64,000 nt of DNA from Gammaproteobacteria bacterium (GTDB taxonomy: Bacteria; Pseudomonadota; Gammaproteobacteria; Arenicellales; Poriferihabitantaceae), in assembly GCA_030432755.1 (NCBI GenBank), contig JAUILZ010000003.1, forward strand, positions 195,863 to 259,862, given 5' to 3'. Below, one piece after another: positions 52,401-57,331 of the stretch. Both the position numbers and the translations under genes were made by a program. A model generated the notes under the pieces. That model worked only from the letters and a program-made list of their open reading frames with translations, was not told the origin of the DNA and did no database searches. The number at the start of each line of letters is the position of its first letter. Positions within the stretch are counted from its first letter, which is position 1.

Positions 52401-55210
52401 TTGCCCTCGGACTGGATGCGTCCGCCGCTGATCGCCACCTCGGCGGTGGAGCGCGCCACCGCGGCGCCGCCCATGATGGTATCGTCGCCAAAGGTGCCGA
52501 GGCGTGGTTCGAGCAGGGAAGTGACGTCAGTGAATTCCTGGCCATCCGCATACAGCGTCTGGTCGTTGTAATCCACCGCGGATTCCGCGCTCGCGCGGAT
52601 CGTCACGTTGTTGCCGCGGATGCTGGTGTCGTCCAGCTGGATACGCGCGCCCACCTCGCTGATCCCGTTGTCCGTCACCGTACGGTTGTCCTCGGTGCTG
52701 AAGCGGGTATCGCTGATGCTGGCGTCGAGGTTGACGTCACCCGAGAGGAACGTGCTGTCCGCATGGGCAAGAAGCTGGCCACCGCTGTTCACGGTGATGT
52801 TCGGCGCGCGCACCACCAGGTTGCCGGAATCTCCGAGCGAGGCGCCCACGACATGGTCCCCGCCGACGCCGACGTTGCGGGTTGAGATCAGCACGTTACT
52901 GTCCACCGTGATGCTGTTGTCAGCGGTGAGCGTGAGGTCGCCGTTGGCAAGCTGATTACCGGAGATGGTGAGATCCACGGGATCGATAAGCACCGAACCC
53001 CGGGTACCCGCGATCGAGGAAACCTCGAACGTGCTTTCGCCCAGGTTCACCAGTTCGGTGGCGCTGATCTCCACCTGGCCGCCGTTACCGCCGGCAATGC
53101 CACCCGCGGCATTGACCGTACCGCGGAACTCGGTGGACTCGTTGGCCCAGACCACGATGGACCCGGCATTCCCGTTGTCGGTGGCATTGCTGCTGAGCGC
53201 GCTGCCCTGGATCGACACCGAGCGCCCGGTCACGCCCTCCGCCGGACCGCTGGTGGAATTGGTGCCGATCAGGATGTTGCCGCCGCCGGTGAGGCCGGAA
53301 CTGTTCACCCGCGCGGCCTCGCTGAGGGCGATCTCCTGGCCGGTGACCTGGACGCCGCCGCCGGTACCCGATTCACTGGAGGTATCCACGTCGGCGCGGA
53401 TGTCCGCGCGCTGGGTGCCGGCGTCGATGCTGACGTTGCCGCCAGAGGTGATGACGTTGGCCGCGATATTGACGCTCTCCGTCGGCGCCGATGGCTCTTC
53501 GCCCGCACCCTCGCCTTCCGGTGGAACCTCCGGTTCCTCGCCGCCGCCTTCCTCGCCTTCCCCGCCCGGCGGCTCGGTCGCCGCGGCCATGAGCATGGTG
53601 GTCAGCATGCCTCCATTGGTGGTGATGGCGCTGTTCACGTTGATCGATCGCCCTGCTTTCAGGTTGACGTCGAGCTTGCCCGAGGTGGAAGTGATCGGTC
53701 GGTTGACGTCGACGTTGCCATGGGCATCCAGCGTCAGGCTGGCATCTGCGCCCCCGGTCTTGTCGATGCGCGCATTGACGGTGATATTGCCGTCCTCGTC
53801 TCCCTCGGCGACGGTCTGGATGGTGACGTTGCCGCCGGCGTTCAGCGTCTCCTCGATATCGTTCGCGCGCGCGCGATTGATATTGATGTTGGTGGGATCG
53901 AGCAGCCATTCGCCGCCATTCCCCGCGGGCGCGCTGACGTCCACCGAGGTGCTGAAGTCGAGGTTGATCTTGCCCGAGGTCTCGACGAATCCACCGTCGC
54001 CAGCAACCGGGCCGCCGCGGGCGCTGATGTTACCGTCCACCGTGGTGGTGTGATCCGACCAGACGATGACCCTGCCGCCGTCGCCACTGCTGGTGGCGTC
54101 CGCGCGCAGATCCGCGCCCGCACCGATGCTGGTGTTGCGTGCATTGGCGAGTTCGCCCTTGCCCTGGTAGTCGCCACCCACCAGGATCTCGCCGCCACCG
54201 GCGGGGCCGGAGGCATCGATCGTCCCGTCAACGTGGACGGTTGAGCCGGTGACCGCCACTGTACCGCCGGTAACGCCGGCCGCATTGCCGGATACATCCA
54301 GCGTGCCGGTATTGACCACGCCGCCGGGACCACTGCCCACCAGGCGGATGTCGCCGCCGCTGGCGTCGATGCGTGTGGCGCTGACCAGGCCGCTGTTGTT
54401 GACGAGGTTGTTGTAGACATTGCGCGTCGCGGAAGCGCTCAGCGACACCGTGCCGCCACGGGCGAGGATCTCGCCGCTGTTACTGACCGCCGCGTCGCCG
54501 CCCCGGTTTGCGTCGATGCCTTCCTCGATACGCACGCCGAGCAGGCGATCGCCGTCGAAGTCGAGAACCGCGGCCTTGCCCGCCGCCAGGTTGACCTGGC
54601 CGAGCTCGGCGAGGATCGTGCCCTCGTTGCTGACCTCGCCACCCACCAGCGAGACGCTGCCGCCGGGAGTTACCTCGATGCGTCCGAGATTGACGACGGC
54701 GCCGCCGCCATTGCCGCCGCCCAGGCGGTAGTTGCCCGTCATGAAATCATCGGGGTCGATGCGCAGGCTGGTGGCCACCAGGCTGCCCACGTTCACCTGG
54801 GCGGTCTTGCCGAAAACGATGCCGTTGGGATTGGCGAGAAAAACGCGGCCATTGGCGTCGATCATGCCGAGGATCTGGCTCGGGTTCTGGTCGAGGATGC
54901 GGTTCAGCGCGACCGCGTCCGCTCCCGGCTGGACGAAGCGCACCAGTTCGCTTGGCGCGACGTTGAACGACTGCCAGTCGGCGACCATGGACCGGCTGCG
55001 CTGGTCGATGATGGTATGGCCGGGTGTCTGCTGGTTGATGGAGCCATTACCGCGAACGATGACACCGCCTTCCGGTCCCGCCATGGCAGGCGAGTACACC
55101 AGCACCGCCATGCAGCACGTGGTAAGCGCGGATCGCAACCTGGCGAGTGGCAGGTATCGTTTTTTCACCGCCTTTACCCCGTCAAGGATCCCGTCAAAAC
55201 GCTTCATCAT
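31478..55210 (-). CDS. Giant two-partner-secretion exoprotein (TpsA; filamentous haemagglutinin/LktA-like beta-helical adhesin), 7,910 aa
   Basis: Single uninterrupted ORF. Signal peptide ...VYSPAMA/GPEGG. TPS secretion domain motifs NRILDQNPSQILG and FLANPNGIVFG. Thousands of residues of G/A/V/D/N/S/T-rich repeats. Lies directly downstream of a ShlB/FhaC-type gene. Confidence 0.9.
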   Translation of the reverse strand: MMKRFDGILDGVKAVKKRYLPLARLRSALTTCCMAVLVYSPAMAGPEGGVIVRGNGSINQQTPGHTIIDQRSRSMVADWQSFNVAPSELVRFVQPGADAVALNRILDQNPSQILGMIDANGRVFLANPNGIVFGKTAQVNVGSLVATSLRIDPDDFMTGNYRLGGGNGGGAVVNLGRIEVTPGGSVSLVGGEVSNEGTILAELGQVNLAAGKAAVLDFDGDRLLGVRIEEGIDANRGGDAAVSNSGEILARGGTVSLSASATRNVYNNLVNNSGLVSATRIDASGGDIRLVGSGPGGVVNTGTLDVSGNAAGVTGGTVAVTGSTVHVDGTIDASGPAGGGEILVGGDYQGKGELANARNTSIGAGADLRADATSSGDGGRVIVWSDHTTTVDGNISARGGPVAGDGGFVETSGKINLDFSTSVDVSAPAGNGGEWLLDPTNININRARANDIEETLNAGGNVTIQTVAEGDEDGNITVNARIDKTGGADASLTLDAHGNVDVNRPITSTSGKLDVNLKAGRSINVNSAITTNGGMLTTMLMAAATEPPGGEGEEGGGEEPEVPPEGEGAGEEPSAPTESVNIAANVITSGGNVSIDAGTQRADIRADVDTSSESGTGGGVQVTGQEIALSEAARVNSSGLTGGGNILIGTNSTSGPAEGVTGRSVSIQGSALSSNATDNGNAGSIVVWANESTEFRGTVNAAGGIAGGNGGQVEISATELVNLGESTFEVSSIAGTRGSVLIDPVDLTISGNQLANGDLTLTADNSITVDSNVLISTRNVGVGGDHVVGASLGDSGNLVVRAPNITVNSGGQLLAHADSTFLSGDVNLDASISDTRFSTEDNRTVTDNGISEVGARIQLDDTSIRGNNVTIRASAESAVDYNDQTLYADGQEFTDVTSLLEPRLGTFGDDTIMGGAAVARSTAEVAISGGRIQSEGNTSIDAEAKASVYFGSIEDPDNPGERLQEFGEALAVAYGETRTVATVDINNDAVLESGGAIEVRSNTGNTTVVKTGALRTARTRPTGLDRTYDATLAVAETQSTSRASIDGSVTTTAVADLGVGATSDRSTLLSSTANHFVDGTLRQAVGLSFADNTTTAALGGSVNADNVTVTANATSSSATTGVLSGFRGQANDIFNKTDPTVVGGRQASQDVLEEINRFFVGEAIGIDLRVDPTGLDAVSTAVGGPDLTDEATARLLRHQVPGAQGFSDHSLVANADILADAIVTSNGAVTVEANTRDEDVQHFAHTRIVRHTGGSTTSRDQDATRNVALIVSNHDNSANAGIGEGASVDAGGQIAVTADARFPNAGIDWPEMPDLTDLTNLELSLDTLSETGEIKEEFAEFREDLVNEGDILAGLVTTSAKAHGLKNGTDERLGIAGSANILNIGNVANAIVGDNVRINQGSASAAPDQNLMLTANALVETVNLTGNVGALPEGTTKKSFLGVDRESRDTTGVGSSYHDFNLVNNAAAKVGNGALVNVDELNVDSNAEFSNLSLTISSGPAEKYGVKGAVSLTDVDSDSVAQVRDGATVTARDVSLSANNSTVRDPVDPINGLLRGNINIAVANLEDATRPSGGYGGGSTVPTSDRIAGAISVNDMDRRAVAVIGVLEDETASAGSVHADNVTLEATSSGDIRSYTASILQQGNSSGNTGGGTSIYGSPSGYRGYGQGNGLNVSADVSWNSVTDDTIAGINGAASVNTPGNVNLGASNDSGIFALAGSVTRSRNSGGGFTSSQNANNTGLVGAFTRNIVNGATSANITGASVTAGGNVNLEATRTSEIFAIAAGGSNSPDTDLVGSVALNTIGENLIAFDPVGGIDLSTDPLVIDPVVIDPIVIDPADIVIDPFGIPQEFFFTEARITDADVDVTGDLDLSASDTSDIFAVGGAAQSTSDSSMMRRVGRHQYNNEGGVGAGLSINDIGNNTLTRVENSQVDVSGQLRLDTGSLASIDAVAASIMRGSQDLVGGALTWNEIGNNVTATIEGGNGTARTVNAAGVTLDAHDTSRIRSVAGAIASNSGGSAPANPNVAIGVSVAYNQIDNTIAAGISDATVITTGALDIDATNAADIQTLVAGYTNSSGDGATGSVAINRITTATDAYITAGSVIDAGGNVDLLADADNTIQMLAATIASNGDPQGGMGGTVGGGGLGSLGARNGQGQYFGVGISGDVAINMIADDTSARIDAESVVNSGGDVSLAADNHSDIDTIAGAIEKTNDPSGTGIAGSFGDARIDGNASAVVDSAEVNAAGDLALAATRSGEIFNIAGSVATGGALDLAGAVSSNEIGNSTIARIRESDVVAANVDLDARDEANIFSIGGAAVNQGGSQPNPYASGREARGGVGAGIAINAIGNETLAEIDNSDIATGSVDADAVVTGKIETIAGSIANGTDNMLSGAVAWNEINNVTRAEIRQDAIAANAVNAAGNVTLGASDTSIIGAIAGQVTKTESSAIGASLAYNQIGNQVGAGIRIADVNAAAFAADAESDAAIQALVVGLGLAESDGITASIAINEISSATDAYVTDGSRLLTTAGDALLLANSIGEIQMLAFTYSSAGGGSSSSGGGAYGGGMPTSPAGGQGTNFGIGVSGDVAINTIDDATTARIDEGSDVDSAAGVTLVATSDNDIDVIAGAVQNSRSSGANNPGGGSPTGIAGAYAEANIGGVTAARVAHATVTARDDLDLRAARSGDIFSIAASVSSGGGSNIAGSVSHNRFDSETSAIIERSDVEVANVDLDAVDGSGVFAIGGAAVNQSGSNSSVAGGRGVRGGLGAGIAINVLDNQVTSAIDDSQVETGAISLDAASNGEIQAIAGAIGRGSDNMLTGAVAWNENGNTVESRIRRGAGNSTTVNTTGPVSLNATDTASIQSLAGQISKTDSSAIGASVAYNQVDGGATALLDNAELLVDGAVSASAGASHTIETLVGGLVLAGGDNVSASVAINDIGGHAHALVGNGSSVDAESLSLHADADNDIDVLSFSIASGSPDNGGGPSGGSFAGNPLGASGGQGTNFGLNISGDVVLNEVHKTTVAEIGGGSNVNTPGNTTLLAENDSDILAIGGAFQAGGNTGQSAAGAYARSEINDVTRASVDGATLQAGGGLDLEARHGGQIISAAVGGAKGGQNNLAGSVSHNVVGGETAALIDGATTIAGGDTTLTATDEFDIIGIGGALSFGGANAGLGAGIALNDVDSTTRARVGESDVLAGGALTLGAWSLGDIHAVAAAVARNPNSIAGAVSVNTIGNTTEAELVDNTNTVIASSVSLDARNDAGIHSLAGSVGLGSNLGVGGAGSYNRVANTTRARVTGTDIDTTGVVDINAANIAQIETLAGGVAVAGNAVSVSVAVNEMDSDTSALVTGGSQITNAGQVNVDATNNSTIDALAVSVAVSGISVGGGQSGGGQSSSQGNFGLGVSGDVVISDIEDDTLAAIDAGSELVEVGDARVEARNDSSITAIAGAVAIGTGSNDNSIAGAYVQNNIGGRTAAEVRDASVDAQSLDVIARSGTPAGLLTPSGDPSSPNRIVGIAAGGTLATGSGGANGLAGSVANSRITGATEAQVVDSDVRTESDINVEATTDAEIIGVGGAISVALGNGGGYGAGLSINEVESVTAARVTDSRVDAGGALSVEAENNSDIWAVAGAIGVGASSGGNGGAGSFSFNQVNNETSAEISGGRDVDTVRAADEIAVSATDDSAIHSLSGAIGVAGNVALGISAAYNEIGNVTRAGISNADVASTGGSVAVDADSDNFVETLVAGVAASNAIAASGSAAISQFAGETDAYISNSQVAADDNLLVRADADNDLDELAVGLAASAGSAGVGGAVAVNIFDNVTRARIDTDSVVEAHANGDSALINTGALGGTTLGGAPTALAAQGNVGAMESPGQLDLDDSQIDTSPTNVYELNKVLGARQAEAIRGVGVSAVSSDSINTIDAYAAGSTGAVAVGGAVTVNVLNSEVNAVIADSAVNQSAAAGGAEQAVRVNAGNHTVANTYGGALAGSTGGVGVGVTGSVNVNDKVTRAGIVRSAVDANGSVGVRADSSNEFGSLMIGVGVGSNVGVAASAGVLVSESTTEAYLTDTTVNTGGDVAVAARERTNVDLLSGGISGAGTAAVGVAANVVTTNNTVRARIDGDSTVNSSGALGVRADNVVQLFDIAAAGGGAGTVAAQGGIGVKVVENTTEAYIGDNVDINQDDSYASANQDVTVAATDTMQLFSVDAALGIGGVVGVGAGVDVNVVNNSTNAWIGDNASVSAGRDILVLADSAKDVTSVTVGVGGAGKVGVGGAVSVVVIGGAIDGEQETALQMVRNGKDENGDDIPEEEKENYDINNLDQDFLGNPVNGDGGQNLLVVNEGSPTSARDQFAGQAYASLTSTTAGNGVTSKFSASTPAPESGTHAWIGGDAVIDAGRDVNVSADNTTDTFVFSGGVGVGGIAGVGAGVGVVSVTDHTTAHSGVGSVINAGNDVTIRATDGHDPALAPSRVYAAAGGGGIVGIGAAVAVQNRSSTTEAYLASGARIDTANDVLIEADQEHYLDSQIVNIAVGGVAVGGSYSQADSRATVSAHTGIGSRIGAPPAGAGGVDNVSVVATSTQDVQANTIAVTGGLVGVTGSGTASYVESDVDALIGEESVIRAEEDIAVDAHADSTSVAVVSNEGDDPAIGLSIGGVAVNVNITDASSLTNVDAAVDGGADLAGRDLLVEATEIGEVTARTLSGGGGIGSVQGAGGYAYADSTINAEVLDDAIVTLTGDAEIVADSELDVYAEAIAAGGGGLSINGNGVEAVSVSRVNARLGQATLGAESLAVTANRANASGDANHAVTGNSISGGGGVVSVNGGGVLVDATAEITSEIADDAIVNVDDALAVTARGIQDAQADVSSAGGGGVSVNAALATVDADDTVNARIGQGAEVDAGSVAVDAIGINRANPGSSLDDVTVLSAGGGVLSGNGGGGEVNATATVNAVIDDSATVNATGPVEVTADGTQLVNLFSNTSGAGGISINAGTGTTTSTLTVLGRVGEQASIDAGSLLVDADGDNRVNVNMESSGGGAISGNGAGGNAIATGNVTAEVDDDAEVIADAAVTVSSDLFQRANTVVNSAGGGAISVNAGAGGANSNATSLARIGEDVAVQAGSLLVDADSDNAASMDMSSAGGGGISINAGGVTAHATSDTDAIIADNSDDDVLIDVDGAVEVLAEAHQVANTQVTSPGGGLVSVNQSAANVNATMNVDASVGAGINLDAGSLTVNALAYNDANPGQDINNPTARAEGGGIVGVNTSSANVVASVSANAAIGDDAEITVTDRAEVSTEATQVARIAVVNAGGGAVSVNVGGASATSDLSTSATLGDDVVLSARNFAVEARGDNTYRADSRTTGGGAISVNSGGVSATGTTTVVAETGADNTIATAENMRVEAEADSEVDVESVSTGGGVIEVSTAAAVAEADVTARAVIGTNNTVTNGGTLRVLADGDSDVRARSDVDNGGFVAVGVSNTRGTSIVDVDAKIDDDSTVVTGSDITLLAAGRHVVDVDSEANNGGFVAVADSGGEDSRIQATGTLLLNAETGDDVTLQAGNILLKARANVDENGNAIAGKGVFADTNVSANGFVGASGSRVRALTSPTVVAGFGDRNSITATGNVDVIAQRHAVADSSATGQAGGAGAGGSVSTESVIGGQTIEYPVVTVNYPVPQFTPEGDRLYAVGDGSSYYVDVDDVGGESLYRYEQIFIGPGYYVPYTDPEGRIYPLGEDSPLGAPAVEYLVAAVDFDGTVYDVMLVEDGTVLGAYVLEGPEAGRTFEAGIEVDGANINIIVDDAPTELDSDFGEITYIANWNTPGNISLVRIEGGPPPSNLVAVTDMVEFARTDFDNPTVLGEAGGQVNASAGDNTRIVSGGNINFDAYGSARGEATGTGSGYGAVAGYGARATTDITTDVDAGIGEGTTLVAQSQDGGSANVTIRATTAVQGDSDADSTAGAFAIPSVVPYSRVDINSTNDVNVGTNAAVSADDVLLDSRTTQLRAYSDAYAHVNGFGSGITVDAISDVDSDTRVNVEAGSRLTGRNQVDLIARLDDIADGVDGRIESRTHKGGSVAFDTGTQNAKTVADLDTLVDFEDTAEIHTYDVNFESVISSATQVRAVSDTNSGLIDPNTFGWSSSANAYNRIDGTIVMLDSVGQELLIHADGRIETISGEITASYDAAGNIVVDDLVKDQVGRVRIYSPAPAYSYDFEDGVGITASHEERNGVSNPNGYALNQGTLQYSNIFPYVKIVNLTDANLEIGRIILADPGSALPEFLINAENQAGPAIGDYSANRNGAVNFFNRLNDYSTDPATVFGGTNGAGAGALNMLTITQAEGDRRIQIFGEGTGNITFTDLVDSEENVEGNAGSVFVSSVGGDILSSGSAAIIETHDFDGRAYDGSIGTSGDYLTLNLFPDGVIDAVVDAFAHGNIFLDLAPLAGSSGGVDIGDVIASGDLRLGLGNATDGGAANYEINGDVAGLSSVDIQVADNAALNITGNVQSGIENYFIDIDADGNVTVDISNIGVDIDRILPDGNTVNLAYGDGDWAGFVPVTVGNTIIIPDIVHRPGTIVIEGPEPASGWLTGDGTLSALGGYSHVEINNDSAFDLQLGLIDIDTAPETQIRINSDTDVQTDEYDSIDVVELGNAEGLIAVDASQDTDVTLAGNLLNSSGLTDIDVVGNILQPSGSHVVRSREIDLATADGNIGADDAPVRIDLQGGNLNALLNTDADTTGGSARVEEIDGDLNLELAGGIPPDAVNGNVTLIADGSIVDSNGADLNILANNVILEAGANIDTDLWSLGYVDAIAPNGFVDLDSFGFTAATPRDIALRNVTAGFDLDVNAANITDVEGSSLLVTGNAEFDSNGNDIVLGDQPADDVRFGSLTFTGDTVDISEDDDMLLAGANTAATLRLRSDGSITDDPAASLLVTGDSDLGAVADIVLDNVVNDYQGRVDSDAVNTTLVDANSILLGDSVTTGDFNVTALDGTITDVGAASIGGTTNLLATGDIILDTRANDFMGEVNSDGVTITLADANDIALGTTVADGDLNVTSVDGHISDTETGSGALVAGTTNLLAETVDGIDTASVTDRGDIVLDNVLNDFQGEVNSDGEDIVLVDANDIALGTSVADGDLDVTSKDGHITDTETGAGALVTGATYLLAETVDGIDAGAYTDKGDITLDNVLNDFMGSVNSDGEDIALVDTNDIDLGTTNAQGGLRVHAISGGITDSGTATVNLPTYLLAATDISLDTETNDFRAEVNSNGVNITLVDANDILLETTVASGDLSVRAIDGFIADTGSDGWSANNIGRPATSEDLVAVPLIGEAPGYIHNDGALVAGETRLRARSLGAGGRRTDTGDIVLDNPLNDFQGTVFANGEDITLVDENDIELGITRASGGLNVKSITGDITDVGNAVVNLVTNLIAEHDIVLDTRSNDFRGVVNSDGVNITLVDANDIVLGTTTARGDLDVEAITGAITDVGTATVDGTTTLLASNVITLDTRSNDFRGPVHSDGLNIHLVDINDIALGNTISRRSLRVEAITGGISDIPGARISVPMLGDFQARNDIILGDVSSDSTNFGDLTVNGRHAIIQEDSGTNFANASNVQSLEILSYGDITDTGTVNVAGNSLIRVSNGNSIYLDSEFSTYYGNVTIGSPNGLVNNLRFVDATPLALGNINTTGWIDIAALGNLSTTGRISAAGDISLNAYGALSLGGSGIYGQGEVNLAAVDGGFGPGAVGGARTINIGTTIQSARDRVSLLAGDNIAGSGVIITPADASLWSSRGRIGNPGGPVRFNIGGDVSIYQAELVAYITGNYRAANAWVFPSGFARGLDISQFFDGLFFRGLPDLSSDLFIPGIIHDPAYRDIAGGSVVGRIDPSWFEIRPEEDHCNGVSLYEQNDECMPVDEESIIDIEPDLIIDNQEPRELDGDKLSSL
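32150..34700 (-). repeat. About 10 coding repeats of 68 aa (DI.LD...NDF.G.V.S.G..I.LVD.NDI.LG.T.A.GDL.V....G.I.D.G...V.G.T.LLA), some with 16- or 45-aa insertions
   Basis: The nucleotide motif gatgtcgttggc(a/g)tccaccag... recurs near 32705, 32912, 33117, 33455, 33662, 33911, 34163 and 34380. Confidence 0.75.
38650..41150 (-). repeat. About 16 coding repeats of about 52-57 aa marked by (S/A)GGGG.(S/V).N
   Basis: gccgccgcc-type Gly runs recur every 155-170 nt from about 41120 down to 38680. Units alternate between ...ARIG..A.VDAGS..VDA... and ...A.V.DDA.V.A...V.V.A.... Confidence 0.7.
43800..50300 (-). repeat. Five diverged coding super-repeats of about 1.2-1.45 kb inside the giant gene
   Basis: The landmark (G)QG.NFG(I/L)G(V/I)SGDV(A/V)(I/L)N recurs near 50195, 48740, 47485, 46208 and 45025. 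Each super-repeat is built from sub-units of about 45-50 aa of the form G.G.S.A.N.I.N.T.A.I. Confidence 0.75.
54310..55078 (-). other. TPS (haemagglutination activity) secretion domain of the giant protein
   Basis: aa ~45-300: VADWQSFNV, VRFVQP, NRIL..NPSQILG, VFLANPNGIVFG, VGSLVATSL. Confidence 0.8.
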
Positions 55211-55270
55211 TCACCTCTCATCAACTCTCTTGCTCTTGTGCTCTTGTCGTGACGCCATCCCTGGCGTGCG

Positions 55271-57067
55271 CTACCTCAATTTTGCATTCAGCGAAATGAA
55301 GAACTGGTTCTCGTCCTCTTCCGCATCGAATCCGGGCGCCGTATCGCCCACCGGCCTGGCCAACGATGCGGCCAGGGTAAATCGCGTACCCAGGTCATAG
55401 CGAAGCCCGATACCGGCGCCGCCGAGATCCACGCTGGCGATATCGCTCGGTAGCGGATCATTCAGGTCGCCGCCACCGTGGTCATAGAACACGGACGCCT
55501 GCAGCCCCCTGTATATGCCGACGGACAGTTCCGCCGAGACGAACCAGCCGCTGTCCATCAGGTAGGACGACAGCGGGTAGGCGCGCACGCTGTTGGGTCC
55601 GCCCAGGGGGAACTGCTCCAGCGACACCAGCAAGTCGTCGGAGTACTGGCCGTCCAGCCGCAATTGCAGTGACAGGCGTTGGTTCAGTCTCTGGAACAGG
55701 GTGGTGTTGAAGTTGAACTTGTCGAAATCACCGCCGGCTTTCTTCCCGTTGCCGCCAAGGCGACTCGATTCGCGCGCGTTTTCGCCGTCCATGGAACCCA
55801 GGAAATCACCGATGCCATGGGACCAGGATGCAGTCAGGGTGCTCACCCCGCCAGCCATTGCCTGGTTCTGGTAGCTGTACACGTTGCCGAGAAACAGCAC
55901 GGTGAGTTCATCCAGCGCGGTACTGACATCGTTCTGGTGCGTCTGCGAGGACTTGCTGCTCAGCCCTGCCAGCAGGGTGCGGTCCTGGTAGCGGCTGCGA
56001 AGATACGGATAACGCGCGTAGAGATCGATGCGATGGGATTCGCCATCCAGCCCGAGGTCAGCCAGGTCTCCGCCGACCTCGAAGGTATTGTTGCTGCCCG
56101 ACAGTCCGAGGTAGACGGGCTTGCCGTTTTTCTTGCGGATGTACGGGATGGAATAATCCACGCCGAAGTAGTCGCTGTTCGACGGGTCGAAGGACATGAG
56201 TCCTGACAGCGTCAGGCGGTCTCCCCTGCCCGTGGGATTCAGGGCGACGAGATCGATTCGCCCGCGCTTGTCGCCGACGTACTCCGAGCCGAAGTTGTCC
56301 AGTGTGAGATAGGCGTCAAACCGGTCCTCCTCTTCCACCTGGTAGAGCAGGTCCGCGGTTCCTTCGCGACTGCCGCGCTGCAACAGGCCGCGCGCCCGTA
56401 TGCCGGGAAGGTCGCGCGCATGAAGCAACGCGGATTCCAGCTCGGACTGCGTCACCGCGTCGTCGACCATGGGCGAGAACAGCCTGACCAGGGTCTCGCT
56501 TCGGTAGCGGTTGTTCCCCTCGACGAGGATCTCCCCCAGGGTGCCCTCGATGACACGGATCTCCGCGCTGCCATCGGCGATGGACTGTTCCGGCAGGAAG
56601 GCCTGGGTGAGAATGAATCCCTGCTCGCGGTAGGCATCCGTGATTCCATTGACGAGCTGATGCAGCTCGTCGATGGACCAGTCTTTCCGGCTCGCCACCG
56701 CCTCGTCGGCCATGGCCTGCAGGCCATCCGCGGTGATCCCGAGGTCCGGGTACTCCGGCGCATCCACCACCTGGATGCTGTCGATGACGACCCGCGGACC
56801 GGCGTCATCCCCGACGCCGGTACTTGGCGCGGACTCGGGCAGCACATTGTCATCCGGCAATTCCCTGGCCCCGGGACGTGGCACGGTGCGTTCCGGCTGC
56901 ACGCCACCGGGCGTGATCGGCGCCGGCAGGTTGACCCCCGGGTTTACCGGCGCGGGCCCCTGCTGGGCAGCCAGAGGATTACAGACGAACAGGACGGCAC
57001 ATCCCAGGGATAGCGCAATACGCCAATACCCGGCATGCCCTCGCGAAAACACGGGAAGGTAATGCAA
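55271..57067 (-). CDS. ShlB/FhaC/HecB-family TPS outer-membrane transporter (TpsB) with POTRA domains
   Basis: Signal peptide ...CNPLAA/QQ; POTRA pattern IRVIEGTLGEILVEGNNRYRSETL; barrel motifs LGGPNSVRAY. Stop lies 60 nt upstream of the TpsA ATG. The start codon (TTG 57067 or GTG 57052) is uncertain. Confidence 0.88.
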   Translation of the reverse strand: MHYLPVFSRGHAGYWRIALSLGCAVLFVCNPLAAQQGPAPVNPGVNLPAPITPGGVQPERTVPRPGARELPDDNVLPESAPSTGVGDDAGPRVVIDSIQVVDAPEYPDLGITADGLQAMADEAVASRKDWSIDELHQLVNGITDAYREQGFILTQAFLPEQSIADGSAEIRVIEGTLGEILVEGNNRYRSETLVRLFSPMVDDAVTQSELESALLHARDLPGIRARGLLQRGSREGTADLLYQVEEEDRFDAYLTLDNFGSEYVGDKRGRIDLVALNPTGRGDRLTLSGLMSFDPSNSDYFGVDYSIPYIRKKNGKPVYLGLSGSNNTFEVGGDLADLGLDGESHRIDLYARYPYLRSRYQDRTLLAGLSSKSSQTHQNDVSTALDELTVLFLGNVYSYQNQAMAGGVSTLTASWSHGIGDFLGSMDGENARESSRLGGNGKKAGGDFDKFNFNTTLFQRLNQRLSLQLRLDGQYSDDLLVSLEQFPLGGPNSVRAYPLSSYLMDSGWFVSAELSVGIYRGLQASVFYDHGGGDLNDPLPSDIASVDLGGAGIGLRYDLGTRFTLAASLARPVGDTAPGFDAEEDENQFFISLNAKLR

Positions 57068-57331
57068 CGGTTTGAAAACCAGAACTCGATGGGCCTGACC
57101 TGGTCTCCGCCCGGCGCCCCCCTGCGCACGTGGCGAGCAAGCCTGCCCGAATTATTATTGCCCGGCGTTACGCCCGTGGCCGCTTCCACCTGGCGGCCTA
57201 TCGCACTACCGGAAACTCTTTCACGCTCCCGGTGAATACACCGGGTCCGGCCTTCAGTATATCCGATTTCCGCCGTTCAAATGAGGCTAAAATGGAACGT
57301 GATCCCGAAGTACTTCCGCTAGAATTGACGA

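Noticed and set aside
31619-55400. Many long plus-strand ORFs inside the giant gene (e.g. 40331..43945 at 1204 aa, 33002..35302 at 766 aa, 39612..41090, 45431..46726, 49406..50608).
   Set aside because: They are antisense or out-of-frame shadows of a GC-rich repetitive gene. Their translations are Arg/Gly/Ala/Asp/His low-complexity with no motifs. The minus-strand ORF is continuous and carries clear TPS and repeat homology.
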